Virus record (IMG/VR): IMGVR_UViG_2718218305_000006
Direction: 5' to 3' (one strand)
Length of the DNA: 64,000 nucleotides
Source of the DNA: a virus
Lineage: Duplodnaviria > Heunggongvirae > Uroviricota > Caudoviricetes
In this document: positions 9,168-18,734 of the stretch, one piece after another
How positions within the stretch are numbered: the first letter of the stretch is position 1
Layout: each line of letters opens with the position of its first letter
Notes under the pieces: model-generated
The model's input: only the letters and a program-made list of their open reading frames with translations
Databases searched by the model: none
Told to the model about the DNA's origin: nothing
Translations under genes and position numbers: made by a program

Positions 9168-9644
9168 ATGGATCGTGAATTAAAAAATCTGCATCTGAAT
9201 ATTTCCCAACTGGCCGCATTATCCGGTGCTCATCGACAGACTGTTGCGGCTCGGGTAAAAAACATAAGCCCAGCCGGTGGTCATGAGAGCAATCTCAAAC
9301 TGTACCGACTGACAGATATCCTTGCCGAGCTGATGAAAGCTCCTCTGCCTGTAGATAACGAGGAAATGGATCCTCATGCGCGTAAAGCATGGTACCAGTC
9401 AGAACGTGACCGACTGAAATTTGAGCAGGAAACTGGTCAGCTTGTGCCAGTCAGTGATGTCAGGCGGTCCTTTTCTGTCGTGGTGAAAGCGATAGTTCAG
9501 GTACTGGAAACCTGGCCTGACCGGCTGGAGAGGGACAGGGGGTGGACCGCATCACAACTGAATGAAGTACAGATTGTGGTTGATGAGATCCGCGACACAC
9601 TGGAAAAGGCAGTCATTGACTGTTGTGATGAGGCCGATATGTGA
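9168..9644 (+). CDS. terminase small subunit
   Basis: 158 aa with N-terminal HTH-like segment, immediately upstream of and overlapping the large terminase. Confidence 0.65.
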   Translation: MDRELKNLHLNISQLAALSGAHRQTVAARVKNISPAGGHESNLKLYRLTDILAELMKAPLPVDNEEMDPHARKAWYQSERDRLKFEQETGQLVPVSDVRRSFSVVVKAIVQVLETWPDRLERDRGWTASQLNEVQIVVDEIRDTLEKAVIDCCDEADM

Positions 9645-11764
9645 ATCAGGTGAACGAGAGCCATAGCCGCGCATCCGATATCTGGCGCGAAGTGGCCTCG
9701 CTGTTTCGCCCACCTGGCCGGTTACCAGTAGCGGAAGCCATCAGGCGTTATATGCGGGTTCCACGGGGAGCCAATACTTCCGGTCCGTGGGAGTCATCGC
9801 TGACGCCCTATATGATTGACCCCATTAATACATTATCAGCCCGTGAATATGACGCGGTGGTGTTTGTGGGACCTGCGCGAACCGGGAAAACCGAAGGGCT
9901 GATTGATGGCTGGATTGTGTACGGCATCATCTGTGATCCGGCGGATATGCTGGTGGTGCAGATGACTGAGACGAAGGCGCGTGAGCATTCCAGAACGCGT
10001 CTTTCCAGGACGTTTCGCCACAGTCCGGAGGTCAGCAAGCGCCTCAGTCCTTCCCGTAATGACAACAACGTCCACGATAAAATGTTTCTTGACGGCTCCT
10101 TCCTGAAGATTGGCTGGCCGTCGATCACCGTCTTTTCCTCTTCGGATTACCGTCGTGTGGCGCTGACGGATTATGACCGTTTCCCTGAAAACGTGGACGG
10201 GGAAGGGGATGCCTTCACGCTGGCCTCAAAGCGTACCACCACCTTTATGTCCTCGGGGATGACCCTGGTCGAGAGTTCACCGGGGCGGGATATCACCGAT
10301 ACCAAATGGCGTTGTGGTGGCGCACATGAGGCACCGCCAACAACGGGTATCCTGTCACTGTATAACCGGGGAGACCGCCGCCGGTGGTACTGGCCGTGTC
10401 CGCACTGCGGGGAATATTTTCAGCCGGTGATGGATAACATGACCGGATACCGGAATAACCCGGATTTTGTGGCTGCCGGTCAGGCTGCCCGTCTGATGTG
10501 TCCGCATTGTCGCGGGCTGATTGCCCCTGAGCAGAAACGCGAACTGAATAACCAGGGGATCTGGCTTCGTGAAGGTGAACGGGCGGCGGCGGACGGCAGT
10601 ATCACCGGAACGCCACGAAACTCCCGGATTGCGTCATTTTGGATGGAGGGGCCAGCTGCGGCGTTTCAGACCTGGGAACAACTGATTTTTAAACTGCTGG
10701 CGGCAGAAGAAGAGTATGAGCGAACCGGCAGTGAAGAGACCCTGAAAGCGGTGGTGAACACCGATATCGGACGACCCTATCTGCCCCGTTCAGCCACGGA
10801 ACAGCGTAAAAGTGAACTGCTTGAACAGCGTGCCGAGCCGTTTCCCCGGCGATCTGTGCCGGATGGTGTGCGTTTTATTGAGGCAACGGTTGACGTACAG
10901 GGCGGTAAAAATCGCCGTTTTGTTGTGCAGATCACCGGATACGGAGAGCAGGGGGAACGCTGGATTGTTGATCGCTACAACATCCGGCATTCACTGCGCT
11001 GCAGTCCCAACGGTGAAAGTCTGCCGGTTGATCCGGCGGCATATCCGGAGGACTGGGATTTGTTGCTGACGGATGTGTTCCATAAAACATGGCCGCTGGC
11101 TTCTGATCCGGATGTGCGCATGCGTCTGATGGCCATGGCGGTGGATACGGGAGGGGAAGCCGGGGTGACAGATAACGCCTATCGTTTCTGGCGTCGTTGC
11201 CGGAGTGACGGACTGGGCAACAGGGTGTTTCTGTTCAAGGGGGATGGACTTCGCCGTGACAGGCTGATTAACCGAACCTTCCCGGATAATACCGGCAGAA
11301 GTGCCCGCCGTGCCAGAGCCAGTGGCGATGTCGCGCTGTGGCTGGTTCAGACGGATGCGTTTAAGGATCGTGTAAATAATGCCCTGTGGCGTGACACACC
11401 AGGGCCGAACTATATCCACTTTCCCGACTGGCTGGGGCGGTGGTTTTACGATGAGCTGACCTATGAAGAGCGCGGCAGTGACGGAAAATGGCGAAAACCG
11501 GGCAGGGGCGCTAACGAAGCGTTTGACCTGCTGGTTTATGCGGATGCGCTTGCCGTTCTGCATGGTTACGAAAAGATCCGCTGGCCCTCCGCACCGGACT
11601 GGGCACAGCGGGAAACGTGGCTCGTCTTCCCGCAGGAGCGTTCTGGTGAAACGGTATCCCCGGAACTGACGGCCGGGGCAGAAAAACGCCGTCGCCGGAA
11701 GAAAAAACTGCGGACGGAGCGTGCGGAAGATAATCCATGGATAACATCAGGAGGCTGGTTGTGA
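9641..11764 (+). CDS. terminase large subunit (lambda gpA family)
   Basis: 707 aa; VFVGPARTGKTEG P-loop; overall colinear with lambda A as seen in prophage 2. Confidence 0.9.
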   Translation: MNQVNESHSRASDIWREVASLFRPPGRLPVAEAIRRYMRVPRGANTSGPWESSLTPYMIDPINTLSAREYDAVVFVGPARTGKTEGLIDGWIVYGIICDPADMLVVQMTETKAREHSRTRLSRTFRHSPEVSKRLSPSRNDNNVHDKMFLDGSFLKIGWPSITVFSSSDYRRVALTDYDRFPENVDGEGDAFTLASKRTTTFMSSGMTLVESSPGRDITDTKWRCGGAHEAPPTTGILSLYNRGDRRRWYWPCPHCGEYFQPVMDNMTGYRNNPDFVAAGQAARLMCPHCRGLIAPEQKRELNNQGIWLREGERAAADGSITGTPRNSRIASFWMEGPAAAFQTWEQLIFKLLAAEEEYERTGSEETLKAVVNTDIGRPYLPRSATEQRKSELLEQRAEPFPRRSVPDGVRFIEATVDVQGGKNRRFVVQITGYGEQGERWIVDRYNIRHSLRCSPNGESLPVDPAAYPEDWDLLLTDVFHKTWPLASDPDVRMRLMAMAVDTGGEAGVTDNAYRFWRRCRSDGLGNRVFLFKGDGLRRDRLINRTFPDNTGRSARRARASGDVALWLVQTDAFKDRVNNALWRDTPGPNYIHFPDWLGRWFYDELTYEERGSDGKWRKPGRGANEAFDLLVYADALAVLHGYEKIRWPSAPDWAQRETWLVFPQERSGETVSPELTAGAEKRRRRKKKLRTERAEDNPWITSGGWL

Positions 11765-11973
11765 GCACAGAAGAAGCCAGAGAAATGATACAGCGGTACC
11801 GTGAAGCGGAAATGGCCGTACTGGAGGGAAAGTCTGTCACCTTCAACGGGCAGCAACTGACGCTGGAAAGCCTTTCTCAGATCCGCGCCGGACGTCAGGA
11901 GTGGGAACGCAGGCTTGCCGCGATGGTGAGCCGCAGGCGGGGAAAACCGGGATTTAAACTGGCGAGGTTTTAA
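11737..11973 (+). CDS. head-tail joining protein (gpW-like)
   Basis: 78 aa between terminase and portal; W-like position and size. Confidence 0.6.
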   Translation: MDNIRRLVVSTEEAREMIQRYREAEMAVLEGKSVTFNGQQLTLESLSQIRAGRQEWERRLAAMVSRRRGKPGFKLARF

Positions 11974-13475
11974 TGGCAATTATTGATGATGTGATCGGCG
12001 TGTTTTCCCCCGGGTGGAAAGCAGCCAGACTGCGTTCAAGGGCGTTAATCATGGCCTATGAGGCGGTGAAACCGACCCGGACACATAAAGCCCGGCGGGA
12101 AAATCGCTCTGCTGATCAGCTCAGTAAATACGGTGCGGTTTCCCTGCGGGAGCAGGCCCGTTTTCTGGATATCAATCATGACCTGGTGATTGGTGTGTTT
12201 GACAAGCTGGAAGAGCGGGTGATTGGTGCCAGGGGAATTATTGTGGAGCCTCAGCCATTACGAAAAAACGGGGAAATGGCGGCTGAGCTGGCTGCGGATA
12301 TCCGCCGTTTGTGGGCTGAATGGTCCGTGAGTCCGGATGTGACAGGGCAGTATACCCGTCCTGTGCTTGAACGTTTACTGCTGCGGACCTGGCTGCGGGA
12401 TGGTGAAGTGTTTGCGCAGATGGTCAGTGGTGCGGGAAACGGTCTGGAACGGACGGCGGGAGTGCCATTCTGGCTTGAGGCGATGGAGCCGGATTTTGTT
12501 CCCATGCGCACTGATGAATCCGCCGGACTGAATCAGGGGGTTTTTCTTGATGAGTGGGGAAGACCGAAAAAATATCTGGTTTATAAAAATTATCCGGTCA
12601 GCGGCCGGCAGAGTGATACGAAAGAAATCGCTGCCGGAAAAATGATCCACCTGAAGTTCACTCGTCGTCTGCATCAGACGCGAGGCTCATCCATGTTATC
12701 GGGGGTGCTGATGCGGATCAGTGCCCTTAAGGAGTATGAGGATGCGGAACTGACAGCGGCGCGTATTGCTGCGGCGCTGGGACTGTATATCCGTAAAGGT
12801 GACGGACAGGACTATGAAGATCCGGGGATCAAAGAAACCGAGCGGGAAGTCCATATCACCCCGGGTATTATTTATGACGATTTGCGCAAGGGCGAGGATA
12901 TCGGCATGGTCAAATCTGACCGTCCCAATCCCAACCTTGAAACTTTCCGCAACGGCCAGTTGCGTGCAGTGGCAGCAGGCAGTCGTCTGAGTTTTTCCAG
13001 TGCGGCGCGTAACTATAACGGCACCTACAGCGCCCAGCGGCAGGAGCTGGTCGAGTCCACGGATGGTTACCTGATCCTGCAGGACTGTTTTATTGGCGCG
13101 GTAACCCGCCCGGTGTACCGGACATGGCTGAATATGGTGGTTGCGGCAGGTCTGCTGAAAATTCCGGCGGATGTGGAGATGAAAACGCTATATAACGCGA
13201 CGTATTCCGGTCCGGTGATGCCGTGGATCGACCCGGTTAAGGAAGCTGAAGCCTGGAGAATTCAGATCCGGGGTGGTGCAGCGACAGAATCTGACTGGGT
13301 GCGTGCTGGTGGGCGCAATCCGGATGAGGTCAAACGTCGCCGCAAGGCTGAAATTGATGAAAACAGCAGACTGGGGCTGGTCTTTGATACTGACCCCGTC
13401 AACGACAAAGGAGGCAACAGTGCCGGAACTGAACAACAGCGTCAGCAGGCCACCGACAGCCAGCATGAAGAATAA
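11973..13475 (+). CDS. portal protein
   Basis: 500 aa following the W-like gene; lambda B-like order. Confidence 0.85.
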   Translation: MAIIDDVIGVFSPGWKAARLRSRALIMAYEAVKPTRTHKARRENRSADQLSKYGAVSLREQARFLDINHDLVIGVFDKLEERVIGARGIIVEPQPLRKNGEMAAELAADIRRLWAEWSVSPDVTGQYTRPVLERLLLRTWLRDGEVFAQMVSGAGNGLERTAGVPFWLEAMEPDFVPMRTDESAGLNQGVFLDEWGRPKKYLVYKNYPVSGRQSDTKEIAAGKMIHLKFTRRLHQTRGSSMLSGVLMRISALKEYEDAELTAARIAAALGLYIRKGDGQDYEDPGIKETEREVHITPGIIYDDLRKGEDIGMVKSDRPNPNLETFRNGQLRAVAAGSRLSFSSAARNYNGTYSAQRQELVESTDGYLILQDCFIGAVTRPVYRTWLNMVVAAGLLKIPADVEMKTLYNATYSGPVMPWIDPVKEAEAWRIQIRGGAATESDWVRAGGRNPDEVKRRRKAEIDENSRLGLVFDTDPVNDKGGNSAGTEQQRQQATDSQHEE

Positions 13476-15444
13476 ATCCTGGTTCAGGATGCTGGCGGGT
13501 AGTCAGGGTGAGGCAGATATTTATATTTATGACGAGATTGGTTTCTGGGGAGTTACCGCGAAGCAGTTTGTCAGCGATATGAATGCCCTGGGTGATATCA
13601 CCCACATTAATCTCCATATCAATTCACCGGGTGGCGATGTCTTTGAAGGCATCGCCATTTTTAATGCCCTGAAAAATCAGGGGGCGACCATTACCGTGTA
13701 TGTGGATGGCGTTGCCGCCTCGATGGCATCTGTGATTGCGATGGCCGGTGATACGGTCATTATGCCGGAAAATGCCTTCATGATGATCCATAAGCCATGG
13801 GGATTCAGTGGCGGGGATGCTGAGGATATGCGCAGTTATGCCGATTTGCTGGATAAAGTCGAATCGGTACTGTTGCCAGCCTATGCGCAGAAAACCGGAA
13901 AAACCACCGATGAAATTGCCGCCATGCTGGCGGATGAAACCTGGATGTCCGGTGCCGAATGTCTGGCACACGGATTTGCTGACCAGGTGACACCCGCTGT
14001 TGAGGCAATGGCATGTATTCAGTCAAAACGTACAGAGGAATTTAAAAAGATGCCGGAATCCATCCGAAACATGATTACTCCGCCACGCAACAGTGCCCCG
14101 CGTGATACCACAGTGACAATCCCTGCACCGGCGGTAACAGAACCATCACCGGTACCGGCAGTGTCTGATGAGGCGACCATTCGCGCCCGCGTTATGGCTG
14201 AGCAGAAAGCCCGCATGTCAGGCATTAACGATCTGTTTGCCATGTTCGGTGGTCGCTATCAGACGCTTCAGGCACAGTGCGTGGCTGATCCTGACTGTTC
14301 GCTGGAAATGGCCCGTGAACGTCTGCTGAATGAAATGGGCAAGGAGTCCTCGCCGACCAACAAAAATACACCGGCTCATATTTATGCCGGAAACGGCAAT
14401 TTTGTGGGGGACGGGATCCGCCAGGCGATGCTGGCCCGTGCCGGATTTGAAAATGTCGAGAAGGATAACGCCTATAACGGGATGACCCTGCGTGAATGGG
14501 CTCGCATGTCACTGACGGAGCGCGGTATTGGGGTGGCCAGTTATAACCCCATGCAGATGGTCGGGCTGGCGCTGACGCACAGCACCTCTGATTTTGGCAA
14601 TATTCTGCTGGATGTGTCGAACAAGGGGCTGATCCAGGGCTGGGAGGAATCAGAAGAAACCTTCCAGAAGTGGACCCGTAAGGGACGCCTGTCAGACTTC
14701 AAAACAGCGTATCGCGTGGGGATGGGCGGTTTTGGTTCTCTGCGCCAGGTTCGTGAGGGGGCGGAGTATAAATACATCACCACCTCAGATCGCAAGGAGA
14801 CCATTGCACTGGCCACTTACGGGGAGATTTTCTCCATCACCCGCCAGGCCATTATCAATGATGATCTGAATATGCTGGTGGACGTGCCGATGAAGATGGG
14901 GCGTGCGGCGAAGGCAACGATTGGTGACCTGGTCTACAAGGTGCTGACGGATAACCCGAAACTGTCCGACGGTAAGGCGCTGTTCCATGCCGATCACAAA
15001 AATATTGCCACCGGGGGGATCTCCGTTTCCGGACTGGATGCGGCCCGTCAGATGATGCGCCTGCAGAAAGAAGGCGATCGTGCCCTGAATATCCGTCCGG
15101 CCTTTATGCTGGTACCGGTGGCACTGGAGACGGTGGCGAACCAGACCATCAAATCGGCCAGTGTGAAAGGGGCGGATGCAAACGCCGGTGTCATTAACCC
15201 TATCCAGAACTTTGCTGAGGTGATTGCAGAAGCGCGTCTTGATGCGGCAGACCCGAAAACCTGGTATCTGGCGGCGGCACAGGGCACTGACACCATTGAA
15301 GTGGCCTGGCTGGATGGTGTGGACACGCCATACATTGATCAGCAGGAAGGTTTCACCACTGACGGCATTGCCACAAAAATCCGTATTGATGCCGGAGTGG
15401 CACCACTTGACTGGCGCGGGCTGGTGCGTTCGTCGGTGGCCTGA
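13465..15444 (+). CDS. prohead protease (ClpP/S49-like) fused to major capsid protein
   Basis: Start ATG overlaps the portal stop; INSPGGDVFEGIAIFNAL..MASVIAMAGD serine-protease motifs then capsid-like C-terminal domain. Confidence 0.8.
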   Translation: MKNKSWFRMLAGSQGEADIYIYDEIGFWGVTAKQFVSDMNALGDITHINLHINSPGGDVFEGIAIFNALKNQGATITVYVDGVAASMASVIAMAGDTVIMPENAFMMIHKPWGFSGGDAEDMRSYADLLDKVESVLLPAYAQKTGKTTDEIAAMLADETWMSGAECLAHGFADQVTPAVEAMACIQSKRTEEFKKMPESIRNMITPPRNSAPRDTTVTIPAPAVTEPSPVPAVSDEATIRARVMAEQKARMSGINDLFAMFGGRYQTLQAQCVADPDCSLEMARERLLNEMGKESSPTNKNTPAHIYAGNGNFVGDGIRQAMLARAGFENVEKDNAYNGMTLREWARMSLTERGIGVASYNPMQMVGLALTHSTSDFGNILLDVSNKGLIQGWEESEETFQKWTRKGRLSDFKTAYRVGMGGFGSLRQVREGAEYKYITTSDRKETIALATYGEIFSITRQAIINDDLNMLVDVPMKMGRAAKATIGDLVYKVLTDNPKLSDGKALFHADHKNIATGGISVSGLDAARQMMRLQKEGDRALNIRPAFMLVPVALETVANQTIKSASVKGADANAGVINPIQNFAEVIAEARLDAADPKTWYLAAAQGTDTIEVAWLDGVDTPYIDQQEGFTTDGIATKIRIDAGVAPLDWRGLVRSSVA

Positions 15445-15531
15445 TAACCGCGTTATCACAATCACTGCCCGAAAGGGCTTTTTTTATGCCTGAAAAACAG
15501 CCCCACAGGGGCTGTCCGGAGAAACAGCATT

Positions 15532-15858
15532 ATGGCGAAAAATTTTGTACAGGACGGTACCACCATTGAACTGGTGAATGCCGGAGATCAGACCATCCTG
15601 AGCGGTGCTGCGGTGGTGGTCGGCAGTATGGTGGCCGTGGCCATTACCGATATTCCTGCCGGTGAGGCCGGTGACGGTTTTGCCGAAGGCGTGTTCCTGC
15701 TGCCCAAACAGTCTGCTGACGACATTCAGTCCGGCGCGGTGGTTTATCTGAAGGACGGGGTTGTGCAGCTGGCTGCCGACGGTGCGGTGGCCGCGGGGGT
15801 AGCCTGGGAAAATGCTCCTGCAAACAGCGCCACTGTGGCGGTAAAAATCAATGTCTGA
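15532..15858 (+). CDS. hypothetical head protein (108 aa, Gly/Ala/Val-rich)
   Basis: Position after the capsid gene. Confidence 0.4.
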   Translation: MAKNFVQDGTTIELVNAGDQTILSGAAVVVGSMVAVAITDIPAGEAGDGFAEGVFLLPKQSADDIQSGAVVYLKDGVVQLAADGAVAAGVAWENAPANSATVAVKINV

Positions 15859-16132
15859 TCTGTTTACGCGAATGTGTTGCCGGATGGACGTGGCGACCGT
15901 TCGGATGATGGGCAAACAGGCGGAGATTAACGGCGTCGTGTACGACGTGATGCCGGAGGAAGAGTCCGCGGAGATGGGGGCGCTTTCGGGCAGCCAGTTG
16001 TCACTGGTGGTGTTTTCAGCCCGGTACCGTCCGGCCCGTCATGATGTTGTTGTGTTTGCGGGGCGCACACTGACGGTGACCCGTTATGACACGTACAACG
16101 GTAAACCCCGGATTTTTGTCGAACAGGAATGA
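15851..16132 (+). CDS. putative head-tail adaptor (FII-like position)
   Basis: 93 aa, overlaps neighbours, position before the Z-like gene. Confidence 0.4.
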   Translation: MSDLFTRMCCRMDVATVRMMGKQAEINGVVYDVMPEEESAEMGALSGSQLSLVVFSARYRPARHDVVVFAGRTLTVTRYDTYNGKPRIFVEQE

Positions 16133-16758
16133 GTATGGCAATAAAAGGTCTGGCGCAGGCCATGAAAAATCTGGATGCAATTGATCGCCGTGCCGTTCCC
16201 CGGGCCTCTGCCACGACACTGAACCGCGTGGCGGGGGCCATTATTGCGAAAACGGCCTCTTCAGTTGCCAGGGAGCTGGCCGTTCCCCGTCGTCTTATCC
16301 GTGCCCGCATCCGGTTAAGTCCGGCACGACCGGATAAGGTTTACGCAAAGGTTTACATCAATACCGGCAACCTGCCCGCCATCAAACTGGGGGAGGCCCG
16401 CGTTCGACTTTCCCGCAGAAAACGGAGAAAGAAAGGACAGCGTGCGGCCCTGAAAGGGGGCGGCAGTGTGCTGATTGTGGGGAAAAGACGGATCCCGGAC
16501 GCCTTTATCACCCGGCTGGCTAACGGACGCTGGCATGTGATGCAGCGTATGCCGTGGGCATCATCATCCACCGGCGCGGACAGCAAAGGGAGGCCGAAAC
16601 GCCACCGTCTGCCGATCGAAGTGGTGAAGATTACGACTGCCGGACCGCTGGCAGAAACCTTTGAACGTGAACGGGACCGGATGTACCGGGAAAAATTACC
16701 GGCGCAGATGATGAAAGCCATGACGCATCAGTTACGCCTGGTGCTGAAAAGAAAATGA
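16129..16758 (+). CDS. Z: minor tail protein Z
   Basis: MAIKGL..RLANGRWHVMQR shared with lambda-type Z at 60192. Confidence 0.75.
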   Translation: MSMAIKGLAQAMKNLDAIDRRAVPRASATTLNRVAGAIIAKTASSVARELAVPRRLIRARIRLSPARPDKVYAKVYINTGNLPAIKLGEARVRLSRRKRRKKGQRAALKGGGSVLIVGKRRIPDAFITRLANGRWHVMQRMPWASSSTGADSKGRPKRHRLPIEVVKITTAGPLAETFERERDRMYREKLPAQMMKAMTHQLRLVLKRK

Positions 16759-16770
16759 CTGGGAGGGTGT

Positions 16771-17169
16771 ATGAAACACCGTGAAATACGGGCGGCAGTT
16801 CTGTCTGCCCTGAAAGAAAATATTTCTGAGAGGGTGAGCTGGTTTGACGGTCGCCCGGTTTTTATTGATGAACAGGAACTGCCTGCTGTTGCTGTTTACC
16901 TGACAGATGCGTCTGCTGCTGACGAGTTCGTTGATGAGGGAACCTGGGAGGCGACACTGCATATTGAGGTTTTTCTCAGGGCAAAAGAACCGGACTCGGC
17001 ACTGGATATGTGGATGGAAGAAAAAATTCTTCCTGCGCTGGAGGCAGTTCCCGGGCTCAGTGCATTACTGCTGAAGATGAATCTTCAGGGGTATGACTAC
17101 CGCCGGGATGATGAGTTTATGATGTGGGGATCGGCAGATCTCCTGTGGAAAATTACCTACGAGATGTGA
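16771..17169 (+). CDS. U: tail terminator protein U
   Basis: 132 aa, homologous to 60722..61117 (lambda U pattern ..YDYRRDD..ITYEM). Confidence 0.8.
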   Translation: MKHREIRAAVLSALKENISERVSWFDGRPVFIDEQELPAVAVYLTDASAADEFVDEGTWEATLHIEVFLRAKEPDSALDMWMEEKILPALEAVPGLSALLLKMNLQGYDYRRDDEFMMWGSADLLWKITYEM

Positions 17170-17176
17170 GGACGAT

Positions 17177-17929
17177 ATGGCAACACCAAATCCCCTTGAG
17201 CCGGTAAAAGGTGCCGGTACCACTCTGTGGGTTTACAACGGCAAGGGTGATGCTTATGCAAACCCGTTGTCAGACGATGACTGGCAGCGACTGGCTAAGG
17301 TGAAGGATCTGACGCCGGGCGAGATGACGGCAGAACCCTACGATGATAACTACCTGGATGATGAAGACGCGGACTGGACCGCGACCGGGCAGGGGCAGAA
17401 GTCTGCAGGAGATACCAGTTTTACGCTGGCCTGGAAACCGGGAGAAGAAGGTCAGAAAGGGCTTATAGGCTGGTTTGAAAGCGGGGATGTGCGGGCCTAT
17501 AAAATCCGTTTCCCAAATGGCACGGTGGATGTGTTCCGTGGCTGGGTCAGCAGTATCGGTAAGGCCGTGACGGCGAAAGAAGTGATCACCCGCACGGTGA
17601 AAGTCACTAACGTGGGCAAACCTTCCGTGGCGGAAGAACGCAGCGAAATTACGCCGGCCACTGCAATTAAGGTGACACCGACATCCGGTACGGTGGCAAA
17701 AGGGAAAACAACCACCCTGACGGTTTCTTTTGAGCCGGAAAGTGCAACCGACAAGACGTTCAGAGCGGTTTCCGCCGATCCGTCGAAAGCCACCATTAGT
17801 GTGAAAGATATGACAATTACGGTAAACGGCGTGGCGACAGGTAAGGTGCAGATCCCTGTGGTGAGCGGAAATGGTCAGTTCGCCGCAGTGGCTGAAGTCA
17901 CCGTTACTGAAGCGGGCGCTGCAGGGTAA
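17177..17929 (+). CDS. V: major tail protein V (with C-terminal Ig-like domain)
   Basis: 250 aa; translation identical to 61125..61877. Confidence 0.9.
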   Translation: MATPNPLEPVKGAGTTLWVYNGKGDAYANPLSDDDWQRLAKVKDLTPGEMTAEPYDDNYLDDEDADWTATGQGQKSAGDTSFTLAWKPGEEGQKGLIGWFESGDVRAYKIRFPNGTVDVFRGWVSSIGKAVTAKEVITRTVKVTNVGKPSVAEERSEITPATAIKVTPTSGTVAKGKTTTLTVSFEPESATDKTFRAVSADPSKATISVKDMTITVNGVATGKVQIPVVSGNGQFAAVAEVTVTEAGAAG

Positions 17930-17942
17930 ACGGAGGTAATAC

Positions 17943-18365
17943 ATGTTTCTGAAAACAGAACAATTTGAATATAACGGTGTGTCCGTCACGCTTTCCGAAT
18001 TGTCTGCGCTGCAGCGGTTTGATTATATGAAGTTTGTTTCAGACGCAGCACAACAGAAGACAACGAAGCATAATGCCGTGCACATTAACCAGCGATATCT
18101 GGAAACGGCATCCCTGCTTGTGGCGATGTCGCTATGGCATTCCCATTCCCTCAAAGGCACTCTGGCCTCTCCGGAGACAGAGATGCAGCAGATCCGCCGT
18201 GAAGTGATGCTGGGATGGCCTGCTGATGCACTGAATCAGGCAACGAACCGGGTGCTTTATCTTTCAGGTATGCTGGATAACCGGCACGATGCCGATCCTG
18301 AACCAACCGGGAAAGCAGAAGCGACAGAGCCGGTAACATCAAAAAAGCATTCGAAGGTGAGCTGA
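17943..18365 (+). CDS. G: tail assembly chaperone G
   Basis: MFLKTEQFEYNGVSVTLSELSALQR.. lambda G-like; slippery heptamer near the 3' end. Confidence 0.85.
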   Translation: MFLKTEQFEYNGVSVTLSELSALQRFDYMKFVSDAAQQKTTKHNAVHINQRYLETASLLVAMSLWHSHSLKGTLASPETEMQQIRREVMLGWPADALNQATNRVLYLSGMLDNRHDADPEPTGKAEATEPVTSKKHSKVS

Positions 18366-18700
18366 ACTTTGTCCTGAAACTGGCGCGTGAGATGGGGAGA
18401 GCCGACTGGCGCGCCATGCTTGCCGGGATGACATCCACCGAATATGCCGACTGGCGACGTTTTTACTGCACGCATTATTTTCAGGATACCCAGCTGGATA
18501 TGCATTTTTCCGGGCTGACGTACGCCGTACTCAGCCTGTTTTTTTGCGATCCGGATATGCATCCGGCGGATTTCAGCCTGTTCGCTCCGGAGGCAGAGGA
18601 AGGACAGGCGGAGACGCCGGACGAAAATGATGTACTGATGCAGAAGGCGGCGGGCCTCGCCGGTGGAGTCCGTTTCGGGGAGGAGGGAAGGAGGTTGTGA
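18341..18700 (+). CDS. T: T segment of the G-T fusion (reached by -1 frameshift)
   Basis: A AAA AAG heptamer at 18341..18347 in the G frame; -1 frame reads KKAFEGELNFVLKLAREMGRADWRAML.. (lambda T-like) to a stop at 18700. Confidence 0.65.
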   Translation, partial: KKAFEGELNFVLKLAREMGRADWRAMLAGMTSTEYADWRRFYCTHYFQDTQLDMHFSGLTYAVLSLFFCDPDMHPADFSLFAPEAEEGQAETPDENDVLMQKAAGLAGGVRFGEEGRRL

Positions 18701-18734
18701 CAGTTATTGATGGTATCAGAGGACATTTCAGGAG

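Noticed and set aside
13273-13464. N-terminal extension of the protease-capsid ORF
   Set aside because: It overlaps the portal gene; an in-frame ATG at 13465 overlapping the portal stop is the likely start.
17270-17989. 239-aa minus-strand ORF (duplicated at 61218..61937)
   Set aside because: Antisense to the major tail gene V in both prophages.
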